DNA of 64,000 bases from Candidatus Binatia bacterium (GTDB lineage: Bacteria; Desulfobacterota; Binatia; UBA9968; CAXXLF01). Location of the stretch: NCBI GenBank assembly GCA_963664015.2, contig CAXXLF010000002.1, forward strand, positions 1,888,001 to 1,952,000, read 5' to 3'. The position numbers were made by a program, and so were the translations under genes. The notes under the pieces are model-generated. The model saw nothing but the letters and a program-made list of their open reading frames with translations. It searched no databases and was not told the DNA's origin. Below, piece after piece: positions 18,790-29,478 of the stretch; within the stretch, counting starts at the first letter, position 1; each line of letters starts with the position of its first letter.

Positions 18790-19074
18790 CATTCCCACCT
18801 TATGGTTTTCGAGTTTTTGGGGCTTAGGCGCACTTCTACTTCGATTTCTTGCACTTGTTGCTGGCACTCGGGCGCGCACTGTGCCGTCTACCTCGACGTC
18901 CCACTTTCTGGTGCTCTTCACCGTCAAGTCCTTTTTCATTACGCCTAGGATATGACGGTTCCATTGTTTCATCAGATCCGGTGCGACCTATTCTGAACGC
19001 TAGTATCTATATTGACTGACTGATGCACTCGGTGGCAGACCCAAGCGTTGCCTATTTTGGGGGACTTTTCCCGC

Positions 19075-19091
19075 TTGGCATACTCTATGCT
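19075..19091 (+). promoter_or_regulatory. Putative sigma54 (-24/-12) promoter upstream of the bactofilin
   Basis: TTGGCATACTCTATGCT: GG-N10-GC spacing. Confidence 0.6.
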
Positions 19092-19195
19092 TTCATTCAA
19101 TGGAGAAGTTAAGGAAACGAACATGAGGGAATGCGACGGTACAATGATGTATCACCCGTTGTACGGTCCTGAGCCAAGAGAAGGATAAGGTTTCT

Positions 19196-19657
19196 ATGTG
19201 GCGCATAAATAAACAGAACATTCTAATCCCTGATCCGAACACCGTCTCCGTGGTCGATCGCGAATGTGAGCTGCAAGAAAAATTTCGGTCTCACGGGGCG
19301 CTTGTTATCAAAGGAAAACTTAAAGGCAAGACGGTCTACGATGATACCCTCGTCGTTGCCGAATCCGGCGTGCTGGAGGCCGATTGCGAGGTCAAGGAAA
19401 TTGTATTGGAAGGTCGGCTTCAGGGAGACGCCAGCGCAAGAGAGCGAATGGAGCTACGCTCGACGGCTCGCGCCGGCGGGAGTATCTCGACGCCGGTCCT
19501 GGTGGTCGATGAAGGGGCAATATTGACCTGCGAGATCAAGACGACGGGAGCTCCGGTCGATGTTATTCCCATTACCAACGAGGAACCTGAAGAATCCGGT
19601 TTGGCTTACGCCCCCATGGCCGCCGCCGGTTGTTCTCTCTTCTCCGAGGCCAAGTAG
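19196..19657 (+). CDS. Bactofilin (polymer-forming cytoskeletal protein)
   Basis: Beta-helix pattern LVIKGKLKG...IVLEGRLQGD..ARERMEL..TPVLVVDEGA. Confidence 0.85.
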   Translation: MWRINKQNILIPDPNTVSVVDRECELQEKFRSHGALVIKGKLKGKTVYDDTLVVAESGVLEADCEVKEIVLEGRLQGDASARERMELRSTARAGGSISTPVLVVDEGAILTCEIKTTGAPVDVIPITNEEPEESGLAYAPMAAAGCSLFSEAK

Positions 19658-19971
19658 GCTAGTCCGCGAATCCGTCCCTCCCTTACTTAACCTAACTTTC
19701 AATACCGAGTTTAAAAAACTACCGAGATTTGATCGAAGGCTGACCTAATCATTTCTCCACTTCACGAACTCTAATCTTGCAACACTCAGCGAGGATTGCA
19801 TATTCCAATATCCTTCTCCCTCTTACCAAACGGTCCTGTTGACACGTAATAACCAGGTGGTTATAGGGCCCCTTGACCTAGCTGAAAATAGAAGACAAGG
19901 ATGTGATCGGGCCGTTTTGCCCGATCTGATGGACGGGTCAGAGTGACGTAAGAACCGCTGGAAATTTATAG

Positions 19972-20475
19972 ATGAAAGCTAGGAATTTCAATAGCCACTC
20001 CCAACAATCCAACGACGCTCTCTTCCAGAAAATTGCCCCTGGACTCATTCTAATTGTTGTCTCCCCTTTCATTAGCTTGGTTAGCAATGCAGCGGAGCCC
20101 AGGGATCAAGAGGCTGCTCGGGGTCATGAGTCCAAGGCTGAGAATCGGGAAGGTTCCCAAGAGGAGGGAGTTGGCGTGGCCCTGGACGGTGCCGGAGACG
20201 AAAAGGCACTAGCGTCTAGTACTTACAAGTTGGCAAGTGATAATTGGGCTAAGGCGGCGACGGAATACGAAACGGCAGGTGATCTCGATAAGGCGCATAT
20301 GGCTCAATTCAACGCGGACACAACTTTGGAGGCTGCAAAGCGCACACTGATGGAGGCAATCGACTCTCACCGGAGGGCCGTCAAGCAATTCCAGGATTCC
20401 AATAGCCTGGATAAAAAAACAGGTGCCCTCGAGAAGATTGCTGCGAATCTCGAAAAGTTAATGAAACTGGAGTAA
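19972..20475 (+). CDS. Hypothetical exported all-helical protein
   Basis: Hydrophobic N-terminal segment ending SNA; Ala/Lys/Glu-rich helical body. Confidence 0.6.
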   Translation: MKARNFNSHSQQSNDALFQKIAPGLILIVVSPFISLVSNAAEPRDQEAARGHESKAENREGSQEEGVGVALDGAGDEKALASSTYKLASDNWAKAATEYETAGDLDKAHMAQFNADTTLEAAKRTLMEAIDSHRRAVKQFQDSNSLDKKTGALEKIAANLEKLMKLE

Positions 20476-20560
20476 CTGAAGATACGGGAATATGACCTTA
20501 CGGAAAACTCGCCTGTACCCGATACCGTTCCGAGTCCCTCACTCACCTCTTGGCGAGTTG

Positions 20561-20590
20561 TTGACTAAACCACCCTTTCAAGTCTAATCT
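20561..20590 (+). promoter_or_regulatory. Putative sigma70 promoter of the cupin-eutA operon
   Basis: TTGACT-N18-TAATCT; RBS AAGGAG before the ATG at 20632. Confidence 0.45.
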
Positions 20591-20631
20591 CCTTTCAGAA
20601 AGACAGCCCTGAAAACTGAAAGGAGATAGCC

Positions 20632-21840
20632 ATGGCGGGTTTTCACGAGCCACAAAACGACGAGGAGGTTGCCGGGCAACTTCGTTACCAGCGGATTACC
20701 TCTCCCTATGAAAAGTTCATGCAGGAAGAGGGGATTCCGATCTATAGTAACACTATCGGTGCGCGTGACGTCCGTGACCTGACGCTTGGGCCTTGGAAAC
20801 GCATGGGTGGTCGTGGCTCCTTTATCTACCTCCTGGGACCGATCGGTCGCGGCATGTACGTGGTCGAGGTGCCATCTGCCGGGGCCCTGAACGCTGAGCA
20901 TCACATCTACGAAGAGATGTTCTACGTCGTCGAAGGCAGGGGCAGTACGGAGGTCTGGCGCGAGGGAAGCGGCAAGAAGCAGGCTTTTGAGTGGCAGCCG
21001 GGGAGCCTCTTTTCCATCCCGGTCAATACTTCGCACCGGCTGGTGAACGCGACCTCAAGCCGGGCGCTCCTTATTGCCGTTACTAGCGCCCCGACCCTGA
21101 TCAACCAGTTCAACAACCTGCGATTCATCTTCGACAGCCCCTTCGATTTCACCGACCGCTACGACGAAGGCGAGGCCTTCTTCAAGCCCAATCTGGAGGT
21201 GGTGCCCCACCCGGTGACTGGCCGGGCGGTGGTCGAGAGTAATATCATCCCGGACGTCGCTAAGTGCGAGCTCCCGCTGGACAACCAGCGAAGCCCCGGC
21301 TATCGGCGCATCGAACCCCACATGGCGGGGAACGAGGCGCTCAACTGCTTTGTCGGTGAGCATGCCCAGGGTCGTTACGCCAAGGCCCACCGCGGCGAGG
21401 GTTCAGGGGGCACGGCGGCGGTCCTGCTCTGCCTGCGCGGCCAGGGATACACGTTCACTTGGCCCCACGAACTGGGCATCCACCCCTGGGAGGATGGCCA
21501 CGGTGACAAGGTCCTGCGTCAGGACTATGTCCCGGGTGGAATGGTCTGCTCCTCGCCCCTCGGGGCGGGGTTTTTCCATGCCCATTACGGGGTGGGAAAG
21601 GAGCCCATGCGTTTCCTGGCCCTTCTGGGCCCCAATGTATTCGGAGAACAGCGCCGACGCGGCGCTGGCAAAGACCAGGGGACTACGGTCAGCCCCAACG
21701 CCGATATCCGGGACGGGGGGCTCACCATCGGCTATGATATCGAAGACTCTCATGTGCGGAGTACTTTCGAGCAGGAGCTGGCCAAGGTAAAGATCGAGTT
21801 TCAAATGTCCGAGTCGCTTTACGAGCCACGGGCAGCCTGA
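20632..21840 (+). CDS. Bicupin protein of unknown function
   Basis: Cupin motifs EHHIYEEMFYVVEGRG and IPVNTSH; second domain KAHR...LRGQGYT and FFHAH. Confidence 0.85.
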   Translation: MAGFHEPQNDEEVAGQLRYQRITSPYEKFMQEEGIPIYSNTIGARDVRDLTLGPWKRMGGRGSFIYLLGPIGRGMYVVEVPSAGALNAEHHIYEEMFYVVEGRGSTEVWREGSGKKQAFEWQPGSLFSIPVNTSHRLVNATSSRALLIAVTSAPTLINQFNNLRFIFDSPFDFTDRYDEGEAFFKPNLEVVPHPVTGRAVVESNIIPDVAKCELPLDNQRSPGYRRIEPHMAGNEALNCFVGEHAQGRYAKAHRGEGSGGTAAVLLCLRGQGYTFTWPHELGIHPWEDGHGDKVLRQDYVPGGMVCSSPLGAGFFHAHYGVGKEPMRFLALLGPNVFGEQRRRGAGKDQGTTVSPNADIRDGGLTIGYDIEDSHVRSTFEQELAKVKIEFQMSESLYEPRAA

Positions 21841-21852
21841 GGTCTAACTTGC

Positions 21853-23325
21853 ATGGCTGAGTCCATTGGATTTACCGCGCCTCATAGGGAGTTGGCGGAA
21901 GAGGATCGTATCGAGCTGACCAGCGTTGGTGTCGATATCGGTTCGGCCACCAGCCATCTGATCTTCTCGCGTCTTGAACTGGAGCGGGTGGAGAGCCGTT
22001 ACGTGACCGTGAGTCGGCGCGTCCATTTCGAGTCGGACATCCTTCTTACCCCGTACATCGCCGGGACTACCATCGATGGCGCGGTCTTGGGTCGCTTCAT
22101 CGCCTTCCAGTACGACCTGGCGGGGTTGCAGCGGGAGGAAGTCGACACCGGCGCTCTCATTCTGACCGGTGTGGCGCTTGAGAGAGAAAATGCCCGTGCC
22201 ATAGCCGAGCTGTTCGCGTTAGAGGCCGGTCGCTTTGTCGCTGTCAGCGCCGGCGATAACCTGGAGGCGATCATGGCGGCCCATGGGTCGGGCGCGGCGG
22301 CGCTCTCCGCCGAAGGCCAACGGGTCATCTTGAACGTCGACATGGGAGGCGGTACGGTGAAGTTCGCAGTCTGCCAGGACGGGCAGATTAGCCAAACAGC
22401 GGCCGTCGATATCGGCGCACGCTTTGTCGTGACGGATGATAGTGGAAGGGTGGCTGGACTCGAGGAGGCCGGTAGGCGCATTGCCAAGGGGCTAGGCATC
22501 GAGCTGAAACTGGGAGAAACGGTAACGAGCGCCCAGTTGGAGGGGATGGCAGCCCATATGGTCGAACGGCTCATGGAGATTATTCGTCTGGAACCGCTCT
22601 CACCCGCTACGCTGCAGCTCTTTCGTACTCCCCCATTGGATTTCCAGGGCAAGCAGGTCAAGATCGACGGGGTGGTCTTCTCGGGTGGCGTTTCTGAATT
22701 CATTTACCACGAAAGGGAAAAGAACTTCGGCGATCTGGGGCAGCTGCTGGCGGCCGCGGTGCGTAAAGAGCTTCCCAAACTAGGGGTCGAGGTTCTGGAG
22801 CCGCGCGCCGGGATTCGCGCGACCGTCATCGGGGCCTCCCAGTACACGGTCCAGGTCAGTGGCAGCACCATCTACATCTCGTCCCTGGACGCGGTGCCGG
22901 TCCGCAACATGCCGGTGGTTCGCCCCGAGATTACGTTCGCCGAGGAGATCGATCCAGCGGCGGTGCAAGCTGCGGTCGGGCGCTCTCTGCAACGCTTCGA
23001 TCTGCACGAGGCGGAAACCCCTGTCGCCCTGATGTTGGAGTGGGAGGGCTCCGCCACTTTTAATCGACTGAACGGTCTGTGCCGCGGACTCGTCGACGGC
23101 CTGAACCGGAACCTGGAACGGGGGAATCCCGTCGTCCTGGTCTCCGACGGCGATATCGGCGGCCTGCTTGGCATCCACATGAAAAAAGAGCTCCAGGTCC
23201 CCAATCCCATCATCTCCATCGACGGTATCCGCTTGAGCGAGTTCGACTACATCGATATCGGAAACTTCATTCCGTCGTCGGGTGCCGTCCCGGTGATCAT
23301 CAAGTCCCTGGTATTTCCGAGCTGA
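21853..23325 (+). CDS. EutA-like ASKHA-fold reactivating ATPase
   Basis: VGVDIGSATSHLIFS, TGALILTG..ENA, FVAVSAGDNLEA, NVDMGGGT, IRATVIGA, VPVIIKSLVF. Confidence 0.88.
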   Translation: MAESIGFTAPHRELAEEDRIELTSVGVDIGSATSHLIFSRLELERVESRYVTVSRRVHFESDILLTPYIAGTTIDGAVLGRFIAFQYDLAGLQREEVDTGALILTGVALERENARAIAELFALEAGRFVAVSAGDNLEAIMAAHGSGAAALSAEGQRVILNVDMGGGTVKFAVCQDGQISQTAAVDIGARFVVTDDSGRVAGLEEAGRRIAKGLGIELKLGETVTSAQLEGMAAHMVERLMEIIRLEPLSPATLQLFRTPPLDFQGKQVKIDGVVFSGGVSEFIYHEREKNFGDLGQLLAAAVRKELPKLGVEVLEPRAGIRATVIGASQYTVQVSGSTIYISSLDAVPVRNMPVVRPEITFAEEIDPAAVQAAVGRSLQRFDLHEAETPVALMLEWEGSATFNRLNGLCRGLVDGLNRNLERGNPVVLVSDGDIGGLLGIHMKKELQVPNPIISIDGIRLSEFDYIDIGNFIPSSGAVPVIIKSLVFPS

Positions 23326-23455
23326 AAACTGTGAACCGTGTTTAGGTGGGCGCAGGCTCATGCCTGTTGCACGGGCCGTGGATTCTTTCTTGCCTGCCCA
23401 GGGGCCGCCGGCTCCTGGGTATGATTTGTAGGGTTATTTGGGTCGACGGTACTTG

Positions 23456-24696
23456 CTACTTAAGGCTCGCTTCCAACTCGGGTGGGAGCAACGGCTTGGC
23501 CGCGAACGGTCCACCGGTGCGCGTGTAACCCGGGTAGTAGGTGTGTTCCGTCGCCAACGTAATGCATTGGTTCTTTTCGGGGTCGCGGTGCACATTAATC
23601 GGGTCACCGCCGGTCTCCACGATCTTGATTTGCTCTTCCATCATCTTGCGGAACATGATGATCCCGACGTCGGTCACGCCGATGTGCTCATCGGTGCGAT
23701 CAGTGATGGGCCCTTGCATGATCCACGCGGCCTCGTCCTGGGCGGGCACGAGGGTGTTGTTCAGGCGACCCTTCTCGTCGTAAGGGGAATATCCCATGTA
23801 GGGAACCTGGCCTTGGTGTGGTGCCGTCTCGCCTGGCTTGGGACCTGGACCCTGTAACGCAGGTGCAAGGTATGGGTATCGTCTACCGGAATCCGGCATT
23901 GGAACATGTGCCAATTCCCCTGGGATACTCGCAGGATGTTAGGGAAGAGAATGGGGTGCCCAATGCGCCACCACTCGTCATCTTCAGTCTCGCCTTCTAT
24001 GAGCCGGCGCTTGATGATCCCGTACTCAAAACGGTCAAACCCTACCTTGATATGATCCCGCCCGCGTTTCAGGGTGGCGCGGTCAAACCGTTAGCGCTCT
24101 TCCGCGGGCTTCTTGCGGCCGATGGCCCAGGTTCCCCAGTAGCGGTGGAGCCACTGGAAGTGGACAGGGTCGAGCGAGTTGTCCATGCATTGAAGCCAGT
24201 TGGCGGGGAGCATGACCTTTTTAATTTCCCTCGTGACGTTTCCCCAAACCAATATGTCCCAGCGTGGTAGGAGCGGCGTGGGCTGCGGACTCATGTATAC
24301 GAATATCATGCCACCCAGCTCTTCGACCGGGTAGGCTTTCAGGCGGATCTTATCCTTGAAGCATTTGTCGGCGGGTTCCGACGGTTGGTCAACGCAGGCA
24401 CCGGTCTCATTGTATACCCACCCGTGGTAGGCGCAGCGAAGGCCGTTATCCTCGGGGATGCCGTAGGAGAGGTTTGCCTTTCGGTGCGCACATGAGGGCT
24501 CGATACATCCGACCTTACCCGTCAGATCGCGGTAAAGGACGAGGTCCTCGCTAAGGAGCCGTATCTCTTTGGTGGGCTCTTCTTCGTTCAATTCCCCGCT
24601 GGCAGCGATGGGGTGCCAGTAGCGCCGCATCACCTCGCCCCTGGGCGTGCCCGGACCTACCTGTGTGTAACGATCGTTCTGTTCAGCGGTCAGCAT
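23456..24696 (-). pseudogene. Rieske non-heme iron oxygenase alpha subunit (phthalate 4,5-dioxygenase/LigX-like), broken
   Basis: CAHR..CAYHGW and DPVHFQWLH; in-frame TAA at 24091-24093; frameshift near 23840. Confidence 0.88.
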
Positions 24697-24891
24697 CAAA
24701 GTCCCTCCCGGTCGGCAAGGATGGACAGGGATCCCTTTGTTGACTCACTCAACGGAGTTTCGCCCAGAGACTATTCAATCGGGGGAAGCATGTCGACGTT
24801 TGGGCGACGGCGGTGTCTCCAGTCCCAAGAGTTCAAAGCTCTTGACAAGAGGGTATGAAGGCTATCAGATAGGCGCCGGAGATCGCGAAAG

Positions 24892-25823
24892 ATGTTATCG
24901 AAACTTCCACGAGAGTGTTTGATCGATCTTTGCCGCAGGATGTTTCTCATCCGCCATTTTGAGGAGGCCCTCGTGGGCCTCTATGGAGAGGGGCGATTCA
25001 GCGGCGAGTACCACCTCTATATTGGCCAGGAGGCCATAGGGGTCCCGGTGCTCTCCTGTCTGGAGGGACGGGGCTATGTGTTCAGCACCCACCGCAACCA
25101 TGGTCATCTCCTGGCACGAGGGGCAGAGCCGGGGCGCCTGCTGGCGGAGATCCTTGGACGCCTTGACGGTTACAACAAGGGGAAAGGCGGGACCTTCCAT
25201 ACGGCTGTGGCTTCCCTCGGAGTTCCCCACCCCTCTGCTATCGTAGCGGGAATGATCCCATTGGCGGCGGGCGCGGCCGTGGAGGCCTTTAACCTGGCCT
25301 CTCTTCAGAAGCTTCCGGTCCTCTACCTATGCGAGAACAACGGAATGCTAAGCCGAAGCAAACCACGAGCGTCGGCGAGCATGGCGCCCCATCCCCTGAC
25401 CAACATATCGTCGGCCTATGGAATCCCCTCCGTGCAGGTGGACGGTAAGGATTTTGGCGCCGTCCACAACCTGGCATCGGAAGCCATCAAGAAAATCCGC
25501 GCTGGAGAGGGGCCCAACTTATCGAGGCCCAAACCATTCGCTTTCCAGGGAGCGCAACGAACTCACCTCGGGTTCCCGTCCCTACGGATGCGTCCTTGGC
25601 TTGAGATTTGGCCCCGGTCCCGGAGGCCGAACGGGATTAGTACCGCGACGAAGATCCGCTTTTGATCTTCATCCGTGAGCTCGTGGAGGCGAAGCAGGCG
25701 ACAAAAGAAGAAATCGTTCAATTGGAAATTAACGCGCGGGCAGCCATTGATCAGGCGGTTAAGTTTGCCCTGGCTAGCCCCCACCCCAAATCTGAAGTGG
25801 CGTTGGAGGATGTCTTTGTCTAA
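24892..25823 (+). pseudogene. TPP-dependent dehydrogenase E1 alpha subunit, broken
   Basis: HLYIGQEA, THRNHGH, CENN; the GDG segment is missing; frameshift at ~25518; in-frame TGA 25602 and TAG 25638. Confidence 0.85.
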
Positions 25824-25887
25824 TTCCAGGGCAAAGATGTTGTGGAAACCGCAATTGAATTTTAAATACGGAAACGGGGGAAAGATG

Positions 25888-26062
25888 ACTCGCGCAAAGA
25901 CGCAAGGCACGCCAAGTATAAATGGAATTACAAATTCGAATCTCGAAATCCGAAATTCAAAACAAATTCAAATGATAAAAAACCAATAAACTCCAAACGA
26001 TCTCGTTTTAGATTTGGATGTTTTGGTTTGTTTATGATTCCGTGCTTTGGATTTAGGATTTT
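25888..26062. repeat. Intergenic mosaic: CGCAAAG module plus an AT-rich bipartite inverted repeat (CGAAATCCGAAATTCAAAACAAATT ... TTTGTTTATGATTCCGTGCTTTGGATTT)
   Basis: A-rich left arm and T-rich right arm between E1 alpha and E1 beta. Confidence 0.75.
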
Positions 26063-26140
26063 AACTTGGGGGCGTCTTGACTCGATACACGTTGTTGAAG
26101 TCGGTCTATTAAACATTTGATAACTTAGAATGGCTAATCC

Positions 26141-27094
26141 ATGCGTGAGCTAACATGCAGTGAGGCGAAGTTAGAATCCCTGCGCCAGATCTTTGCCGCC
26201 AAGGACAAAGTTCACCTGATGGCCCGGGGGCTGCGATCCTATCGGGAGATCCAGCAACAGTATCCTGACAGGGTCAGCTCCATGCCCATCTCGGAGCTGG
26301 GCGCCTGCGGTCTCGCCATCGGGGCGGCTATGGCCGGGCTCCGGCCTATTGTGGACGTTGGTAATGGTAGCTTTGTTTTCGAGGCTTGGTCTCAAATAGT
26401 CAACGAGGCGGCCAACGCCCTTTACATGTCAGGCGGACAGACGCGGACTCCGGTGGTCTTCCACATGTCTAATGGTCTGCGGGGCGGAGGTGCGTCCCAG
26501 CATTCACACAGCCCGCAGGCTATGTTATGGAATACTCCCGGCCTGGAGATTGTCCTACCTGCGTCGCCACGGAATGTTGGGGGACTGCTCAAATCCGCCG
26601 TGAACTCGGCTAACCCGACAGTCTTCATCGATCACCGGGCCCTAAGCTCTATTCGTGGGCATGTCCCCGAGGAAAATGGCGCGATACCCTTCGTTCAAGC
26701 GGATGTACAACGCGTGGGGAAAGACGTTACGGTCATCGCCACCTCTTATATGGTCAAGCGCTCCCTACAGATGGCTGAGGGGCTTGCCCGTGAAGGCATT
26801 GATGTGGAGGTAGTCGACCCGCGCACACTGGTGCCGTTGGATTTTAAAATCATGATGGCGTCGGTTGAAAAGACTGGGCTGGTAGTGATTGTAGACGAGT
26901 GTCATCAGAGTTGTGGTGTGGCGGCAGAACTCTCGGCAAGGATCGTGGAGACGGGTTTCGACAAGCTCAAGGCAGGGATCCGGCGGATTAACACCCTCGA
27001 TGTGCTCGTCCCTTACAGTGAGCCATTGGAAGAATATATCAGTCCATCAGAATCGCGCATTACCGAGGCCATTCGCTCGGTGCTGGATCTATAA
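26141..27094 (+). CDS. TPP-dependent dehydrogenase E1 beta subunit (divergent)
   Basis: PISELG..GAAMAGLRPIVD, SQHSHS, EVVDPRTLVPLD. Confidence 0.85.
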   Translation: MRELTCSEAKLESLRQIFAAKDKVHLMARGLRSYREIQQQYPDRVSSMPISELGACGLAIGAAMAGLRPIVDVGNGSFVFEAWSQIVNEAANALYMSGGQTRTPVVFHMSNGLRGGGASQHSHSPQAMLWNTPGLEIVLPASPRNVGGLLKSAVNSANPTVFIDHRALSSIRGHVPEENGAIPFVQADVQRVGKDVTVIATSYMVKRSLQMAEGLAREGIDVEVVDPRTLVPLDFKIMMASVEKTGLVVIVDECHQSCGVAAELSARIVETGFDKLKAGIRRINTLDVLVPYSEPLEEYISPSESRITEAIRSVLDL

Positions 27095-27223
27095 TCTACG
27101 AGAGGGCAAAATGACTAAGGAACCCTTTTTCTGGCGTTACAATAAACAGCTGCTCGGCGAATAGGGTCGTGGGGATCGACGGGAAACAACTATCGAATCT
27201 TAATTTTACCGGAGGAGAACACC

Positions 27224-28099
27224 ATGGAATCCAATGTCAAAGTGGATCTGCACGACCGTGTTGCCGTTGTGACCGGCGGTGCGAGGGGGATGGGACGCGC
27301 CTATGTGGGTGGCTTCCTGGCCCAGGGGGCCAAGGTGGTGGCTACGGACCGATCGTGGGACGGAGCCGATGATTTCAAAGAAGAGTTAAAGAAGCACGAA
27401 GACAAAGTGCTCACGGTTGAAATGGACGTGACCGATGATGCCCATATGGACAGCGCCTATGAAGCGGCGCTCAAGAAGTTCGGCACCGTCGATATCCTGG
27501 TCAACAATGCGGCCATGCGCCAGAGGGACCTGTTCCCACCGACGGGGAAGACCACCGCCCTGGGGACCAAAGACTCGGACTGGGAGAAGTCCTTCGGCGT
27601 GAACGTATTTGGTGTCCTGAAGGTTATCAGGCGTTTTATCCAGCCCATGATAGAGAAGTGCCGTGGGAGCATCATCAACGTCGTCAGCAGCGGCATTCTC
27701 CATCATTCCCATGGAGGGGCTTACATGGCGCTGCGGCCAAACAGCCGCGAGATGCCCTACATGTCGTCGAAAGCGGCTCTGGCAACGCTGAGCTTTTATT
27801 TAGCCGATGAGGTGAAGGATAAAAACGTAGCCGTCAATATCATTATCCCCGGGCACACGCGGACCACCGGATTCGATGAACAGAACCGCGCGCGCATGGT
27901 CCAGGGGGCGAAAGGCGGACGCCAACCCGTTGTCCCCGAACACGTGGTTCCACTAGCCTGCTACCTGGCTTCGCAAGACGCCAGTGGAGTCACCGGGAGG
28001 ATGTTCGACGCTATGCTGTGGAATATGGAGCACGGTCTGGGCGACGAGGCCCAGTGGCTCGATAAGTCGTTTTCCTATGAGGCGCTGTTGGCGAGCTAG
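27224..28099 (+). CDS. Short-chain dehydrogenase/reductase
   Basis: TGGARGMG, NNAA, YMSSK. Confidence 0.92.
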   Translation: MESNVKVDLHDRVAVVTGGARGMGRAYVGGFLAQGAKVVATDRSWDGADDFKEELKKHEDKVLTVEMDVTDDAHMDSAYEAALKKFGTVDILVNNAAMRQRDLFPPTGKTTALGTKDSDWEKSFGVNVFGVLKVIRRFIQPMIEKCRGSIINVVSSGILHHSHGGAYMALRPNSREMPYMSSKAALATLSFYLADEVKDKNVAVNIIIPGHTRTTGFDEQNRARMVQGAKGGRQPVVPEHVVPLACYLASQDASGVTGRMFDAMLWNMEHGLGDEAQWLDKSFSYEALLAS

Positions 28100-29365
28100 C
28101 CCCGACCGGTACGCCTGGCGGCCTCTGCCTCCTTGGTCATCAACTCGTCCAACTGGTCCAGCACCGGGCTAAAGGTTCCCTGGTTCCCATAACGGACCCC
28201 GCCCTTCTGGTAGTTACGGATGCTGTTATAGTCCTCCATGGACGGGTTGATACACTGGTTCTTTTCCGGGTCCCGGAAGGTATTGATGGGGTCCCCGCCT
28301 GCCTGAACGATATCGATCTGTTCTTTTAGCATCTGGCGGAACATGACGAGCCCCTTGTCAATCTCCGCCAATCTCTCATTCGACCGATCGACGATATCCC
28401 CCTGCGCCGCCCAAACGACCAGGTCCTGTCCCAAGATGAAGTCGGGAAGCTCCTGAATAGGGATCTCGAAGGATGGGACGGGGTCCTGTCGCGGCACATC
28501 CACCTCGGGTCCAGGGAAGTGGACGTGGTAGCCCAGGTGCCAGGTGTGGGTGTCCTCCATGGAGACGCGGATCTGGAACTCGGCGTATCCCAGTTGTCCA
28601 ATGCGCACGTAGTTGGGAAAGACAAGCGGGTGTCCGGTCGTCCATGACTCGGACTCTTCCGATTGGCCTTCCACGAGCCGCCGTTTCTAGATCCCCACAT
28701 CGACTCGTTCAAAGGCGATCTTCTTGTGGGGACGGCTGATATGTTCAAACTGGCGGACCTTGCGAGGGTCCGTGATCCCCAACCGCTCGACCGCGTACAG
28801 GCCGAATCGGCCATGGGCATAGGAGGTGTGCACGGTGTCCACCGAGTTCTCCTGGCACTGGAGCCAGTTGCATGGGACGACGGTGGTACCGATCTGTCGG
28901 AAGACGTTATCTACCACGAACAGGTCCCAGCGCGGCAGCAGCGGCTGGGGATTGGGATCCAGGCAACTCCAGATCAGGCCCCCCATCTCCTCGGCGGGGT
29001 ACGACTTGAGCTTCACTCTCTGTTTGAAGGTGGTCTCAGGGGTTTCTGCGGGCTGATCGATACACTGCCCGGTGGTGTCGTACATCCAGCCGTGATAGGG
29101 GCAGCGCAGTCCCTCGTTTTCCGGGATGCCGTGCTTCAAGTCGACGCTTCGGTGGGCGCAACGTTGGGAGATGAGGCCAAGGCGGCCTTGGCGGTCTTTG
29201 AACAGGGTGAGGGACTCGCCGAGGAGGCGCACGGACGGCCCTGATCGGGTTTTGTTGGATCTCCTGGCAGGCGGCCACGGGAAACCAGTAGCGGCGCAGC
29301 AGTTCCCCCATTGGGGTGCCGGGACCTACCCGGGTCAACTCTTCGTTCTCTTGTGCGCTGAGCAT
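28096..29365 (-). pseudogene. Second Rieske oxygenase alpha subunit, broken
   Basis: MLSAQENEELTRVGPGTPMG, CAHR, CPYHGW, DTVHTSYAH; frameshift at ~29235; in-frame TAG at 28687. Confidence 0.88.
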
Positions 29366-29478
29366 GGTTCCTCTTTATGGGGCTTCTTTCAGACCTCCAA
29401 ACGGGATCCGGCTAGCCGGTGTCATACGCAACTCTTCGACCTCAGGGAATGGCTTCTGCCATCTCGGCACCAAGGGTA

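Noticed and set aside
21853-23325. Ethanolamine utilisation locus
   Set aside because: No eutB, eutC or microcompartment genes in the window; the EutA label reflects family only
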